NCBI GenBank assembly: GCA_964252035.1
Contig: OZ176204.1
Strand: one strand, 5' to 3'
From: Podarcis erhardii
Taxonomy: Eukaryota
DNA length: 64,000 bases
The notes below the pieces were generated by a model that saw only the letters and a program-made list of their open reading frames with translations, made no database searches and had not been told where the DNA came from. The position numbers and the translations under genes are program-made. Shown one piece after another: positions 62,140 to 64,000 of the stretch (within the stretch, counting starts at the first letter, position 1; every line of letters begins with the position of its first letter).

Positions 62140-62536
62140 TCACCTCTCAAAGCAGGGAGTAATGCAAGGATAACGTCCAGCGATCTGATAGCTTCGGTTG
62201 TAAGAAACACTTATACATGGCTTCACTTCTATGGGGACAGTTAGTGACATTCCAGCAGCCGTCTGTATATGACCTCTAGCCTGGACACCACCTTGTAAAC
62301 CAGCTGGGCAAGTCTGCAGTGGATAAGACGACGTGTGGCCAGATGGCAGAATCTGCTGGCAGTTTTGCTGCTGCGCTGTTGGATGAAACTGCTGAGGAGT
62401 CTGATGTGCTTGAACATACTGGGGTATGTGCTGTTGTGAAGGCTGTGTGGTTGTTTGAAATAAACTGTGCTGGGCTGCTTGAGAACCGTGCTGTCCTTTT
62501 TGCTTGTTGGCTTCTTTTACATCATTATCATGGGCT
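62140..62536 (-). CDS. CCNJ: Cyclin J, terminal coding exon; upstream exons lie beyond the window
   Basis: attctag|A GCC CAT GAT... translates to AHDNDVKEANKQKGQ...SSYPLQTCPAG...MSLTVPIEVKPCISVSYNRSYQIAGRYPCITPCFER*, matching the recalled human CCNJ C-terminus (AHDNDVKEANKQRGQ...CITPCFER). Absent from the ORF track because it has no early Met. Confidence 0.96.
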
Positions 62537-64000
62537 CTAGAATATAATATTAAAACCTTGTTTTACTATCCATTTTAGAGAGGCTGGAAACCAGAACCCA
62601 TCCACCCATCCCATGTATGTATGTATGCAGGCATATTGGGGTGAGAGTATTTCTTCATATATCAAAGCCTACTTGAAATTTCTGTGGGAAGAAACTGAGG
62701 ATGTCTGTGTGGGGAGAGGAACACACATATACAGGTGTGAACATTATTTACAATGCTTTAGATCCTGGCCCCAGTTTCAACAACAATAGAACACAATAAT
62801 AATCTCAGTATTCTGTTTCACTGACATTACCTCATGTAAAACAAATGTAACAAGCACTTTACATCCTTGTAAAACAATTGGACTGGGGGGCGGGGCGGGA
62901 AGAGACTTGTCAGAAAATAAGCAGCCTTCCAAAACAGATGCAGATCTGAATTTACATTGCAGATGCATTTTAAAAACAGCATCTAAGGTTGCTTGTAAAA
63001 CAGGGTGTTTCTTTTTTTACATATGCAAAATTTGGTATTTTTGAAAAAAAAACAGTAAAGTAAACCAGAGAAGTGGAATCTGTGGCTCTTGAGTTGTTGG
63101 GCTCCAGTTTACATCAGCCCCAGTCAATATCACCAATGGGTAGTAGTTTCACTCCAACAACATCTAAAAGGCCACAGGTTTCCTATCCTTACAATAAAAT
63201 ATGCCTCAGAAGGTTATACTCTGAATGGCTATTAATTTTTTAATAGTTTCAGTATGCTTAATAAGCTCTGCATTCTGGCACCTTAAAGCTGCAATCCAAA
63301 ACACTGTGATTTCTGAACATAGCTTGTTGAAATCGATAGGGCATGCATGCAAGACCATGAGTTTAGCAGCAGGCCGTTAAAAGGATATACTTTAAGCAAA
63401 TGAATTCATGAATGTTTGAAACAGGTGACCATTTAATCAAAAATAATAAGTTTAATGTTTATCACCATCTGGTGGGCATGAATGAAGCACAGAACTCCTA
63501 AGTCTTCTTTACAACTTCCTGTATTTCACTTATTCTGGCTATCTTATGGATAGTGTTAGATTAGTTTTTATGCTGTTAAATGTGTATGCTTCTGCTCTTT
63601 CATTTTATTGTAGGTACATCACCTTGGGTACTTCAGTAGAAAGATAACCAATAAGTGCACTGATAGAAGTCAGACAAGGTACTGTTTATGCAACTATTTC
63701 TAAGGCACCAAAGCCACCACGAGCCAGATTTTCCTTGCAGTAGTAATGCAAATCAAAACTCCACAATAAAAAGCCTAAATAAAAATAGTTGTATGAATAA
63801 AGCCATCATACAATTTCAGACCTTCTAAAGTGGTGGATTGCAGGCTGAAGACAATGGATGCAGAGCAAGGCAGCACAAGGAGGGGGAAAACCGCATTCAA
63901 GTGAAAAGCCGATTTTGTCAAGTGGGTCCCAAGGAAGGCAAGATTAGAATGAAAGTCCCCTTAATAAAGGCACTTTGTACCTTAGCCAAAACACACAAGG

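Noticed and set aside
63768-63795. Small hairpin ttgtatga...tcatacaa in the CCNJ intron
   Set aside because: An 8-bp stem is too short for a pre-miRNA, and no snoRNA box layout is evident.

Overview
Vertebrate genomic DNA, most likely a squamate (probably lacertid) lizard, judged from Sauria-type SINEs and squamate-style MITEs; the species is not determined. Three protein-coding genes were reconstructed by hand from splice signals and reading phase. (1) A DUSP11/PIR1-like RNA 5'-phosphatase paralogue on the minus strand (6 coding exons, 18014 to 3417; 3' end unresolved) with a variant P-loop, HCTNGINRTG. (2) A full-length CC2D2B on the plus strand (about 35 coding exons, about 1476 aa, 20078-58830), head-to-head with gene 1 across a CpG island with NRF1-type motifs. 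(3) The last coding exon and 3' UTR of CCNJ on the minus strand, tail-to-tail with CC2D2B. CC2D2B intron 11 holds an apparently intact, very young Ty3/Gypsy retrotransposon (330-bp LTRs differing at 1 base, 5-bp TSD, tRNA-Ser PBS, single 1359-aa Gag-Pol ORF). Intron 22 holds an unexplained GC-rich ~0.9-kb insert with terminal inverted arms. The rest is SINEs, hAT and Tc1/mariner MITEs, CR1/L1/L2 relics and microsatellites. Homology calls come from recalled protein sequences, not database searches. Coordinates were counted by eye and may be off by a base or two.
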